The position numbers and the translations under genes are program-made. A DNA stretch of 63,962 nt, counting the filler, from Choristocarpus tenellus KU-1152 (Eukaryota; Protista; Phaeophyceae): assembly GCA_964200185.2 (NCBI GenBank). It is 10 parts of 10 records of this genome, joined end to end, with 100 filler letters (N's around TTAATTAATTAA, not from the genome) between each part and the next. Parts side by side here need not be neighbours in the genome. Positions count along the whole stretch, not along the records: positions 59,952 to 63,962 come from CAXNAD020016678.1; 9 more parts are not named here. One strand, given 5' to 3'. The first letter of the stretch is position 1. Every line of letters starts with the position of its first letter. Shown in pieces: positions 63,146 to 63,962 of the stretch. The notes under the pieces were generated by a model. It saw only the letters and a program-made list of their open reading frames with translations, ran no database searches and was not told where the DNA came from.

Positions 63146-63962
63146 GTGAGTGGACGGGCAGCTGCATCATATACTCATTTTGTGTTCTCGTTTGAGCTTG
63201 ATTTTTTTTTTTGTGCCACATGCTGGAGTTACTCTCGTGGGTGGTGAAATAATGGAAATAATGACTATGTTTAGGTGTGGTATTTTTCTGTTTTGTATAT
63301 CATACTTGTTTAAAAAATAAAAGTGAAGTTGGAGGTAGTGTTCTGAAGACTATGATTTTTGGCATAGTTACAAACAGAAAATTAAAACAGTTACCAACAT
63401 TCCAAAATAAACCTCTCTCAGTAGTAATACAGACCATGATCAGATTATAGACATCTAGATGTGAGAATGGTGGAACATGTGGAGGGTAGAATATTGAGAT
63501 ATATATATATATATATATTCTAAAATGTTGACAAATTCAGTGTGATGACAAGGGACAGTGGGGCAAAGATGAGCTCCAGTCTAGACAATAACCATGGTTC
63601 TAGTCCATGCAGTTACACTTACTCAATCATCACATCTCGGGTGCAGATGGAAAACTACACCAGCGACAGGTCTTGTTCATAGTCCTTTCTCATTTTTTAA
63701 CCTCCCTGACGACAACAGGCATAATACATTAACAAGAATTAATGTTGTACTCCAGTAAATACTGATAATACAAATATACATGTACATTCATCTAAATCCA
63801 CATGATATTAACAGCTCTAAATTGAAACACGTTTTTACATGAAAAGGACTGTAACTATACTCCTCCTCCTACATACCTTATGTTCCTTGTAATTTGGTGT
63901 AAGGGGTCATTTGCACACACCATACTGAGTCATCTTTTGGGGGGGGTGGAGATGGTATGGGG

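Overview
Eukaryotic genomic DNA, not prokaryotic. It shows GT-AG spliceosomal introns of about 0.3-2 kb, microsatellites and dispersed TTAGGG repeats. The gene content and intron style suggest a stramenopile, possibly a brown alga or close relative (inference). The window is ten short draft contigs joined by nine artificial 100-nt linkers (N44-TTAATTAATTAA-N44), so adjacency across linkers has no biological meaning. Host genes reconstructed from phase-consistent exons: a TMEM181/Wntless-like membrane protein, a VPS13/chorein N-terminus, the U7-snRNP-type LSm10, a TM9SF/EMP70 first exon, a PPIL6-like cyclophilin, a CRT-like transporter, and three unidentified partial genes. Mobile DNA: a decayed Ty3/Gypsy element with two nested LTRs, a CRE/R2-type LINE 3' fragment, a mariner transposase remnant, a LINE remnant, and ten copies of one ~250-bp MITE family plus ends of a sister family. 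The MITE is the most unusual element. It has GAG...CTC ends with mixed 3- and 4-bp target duplications, strong CpG decay, and one copy in which both terminal inverted repeats are symmetrically converted to telomeric (TTAGGG)2. No CRISPR array, rRNA or tRNA was recognised, and I cannot claim a clearly new multi-gene system. All family calls come from motif recognition by eye, without database searches.
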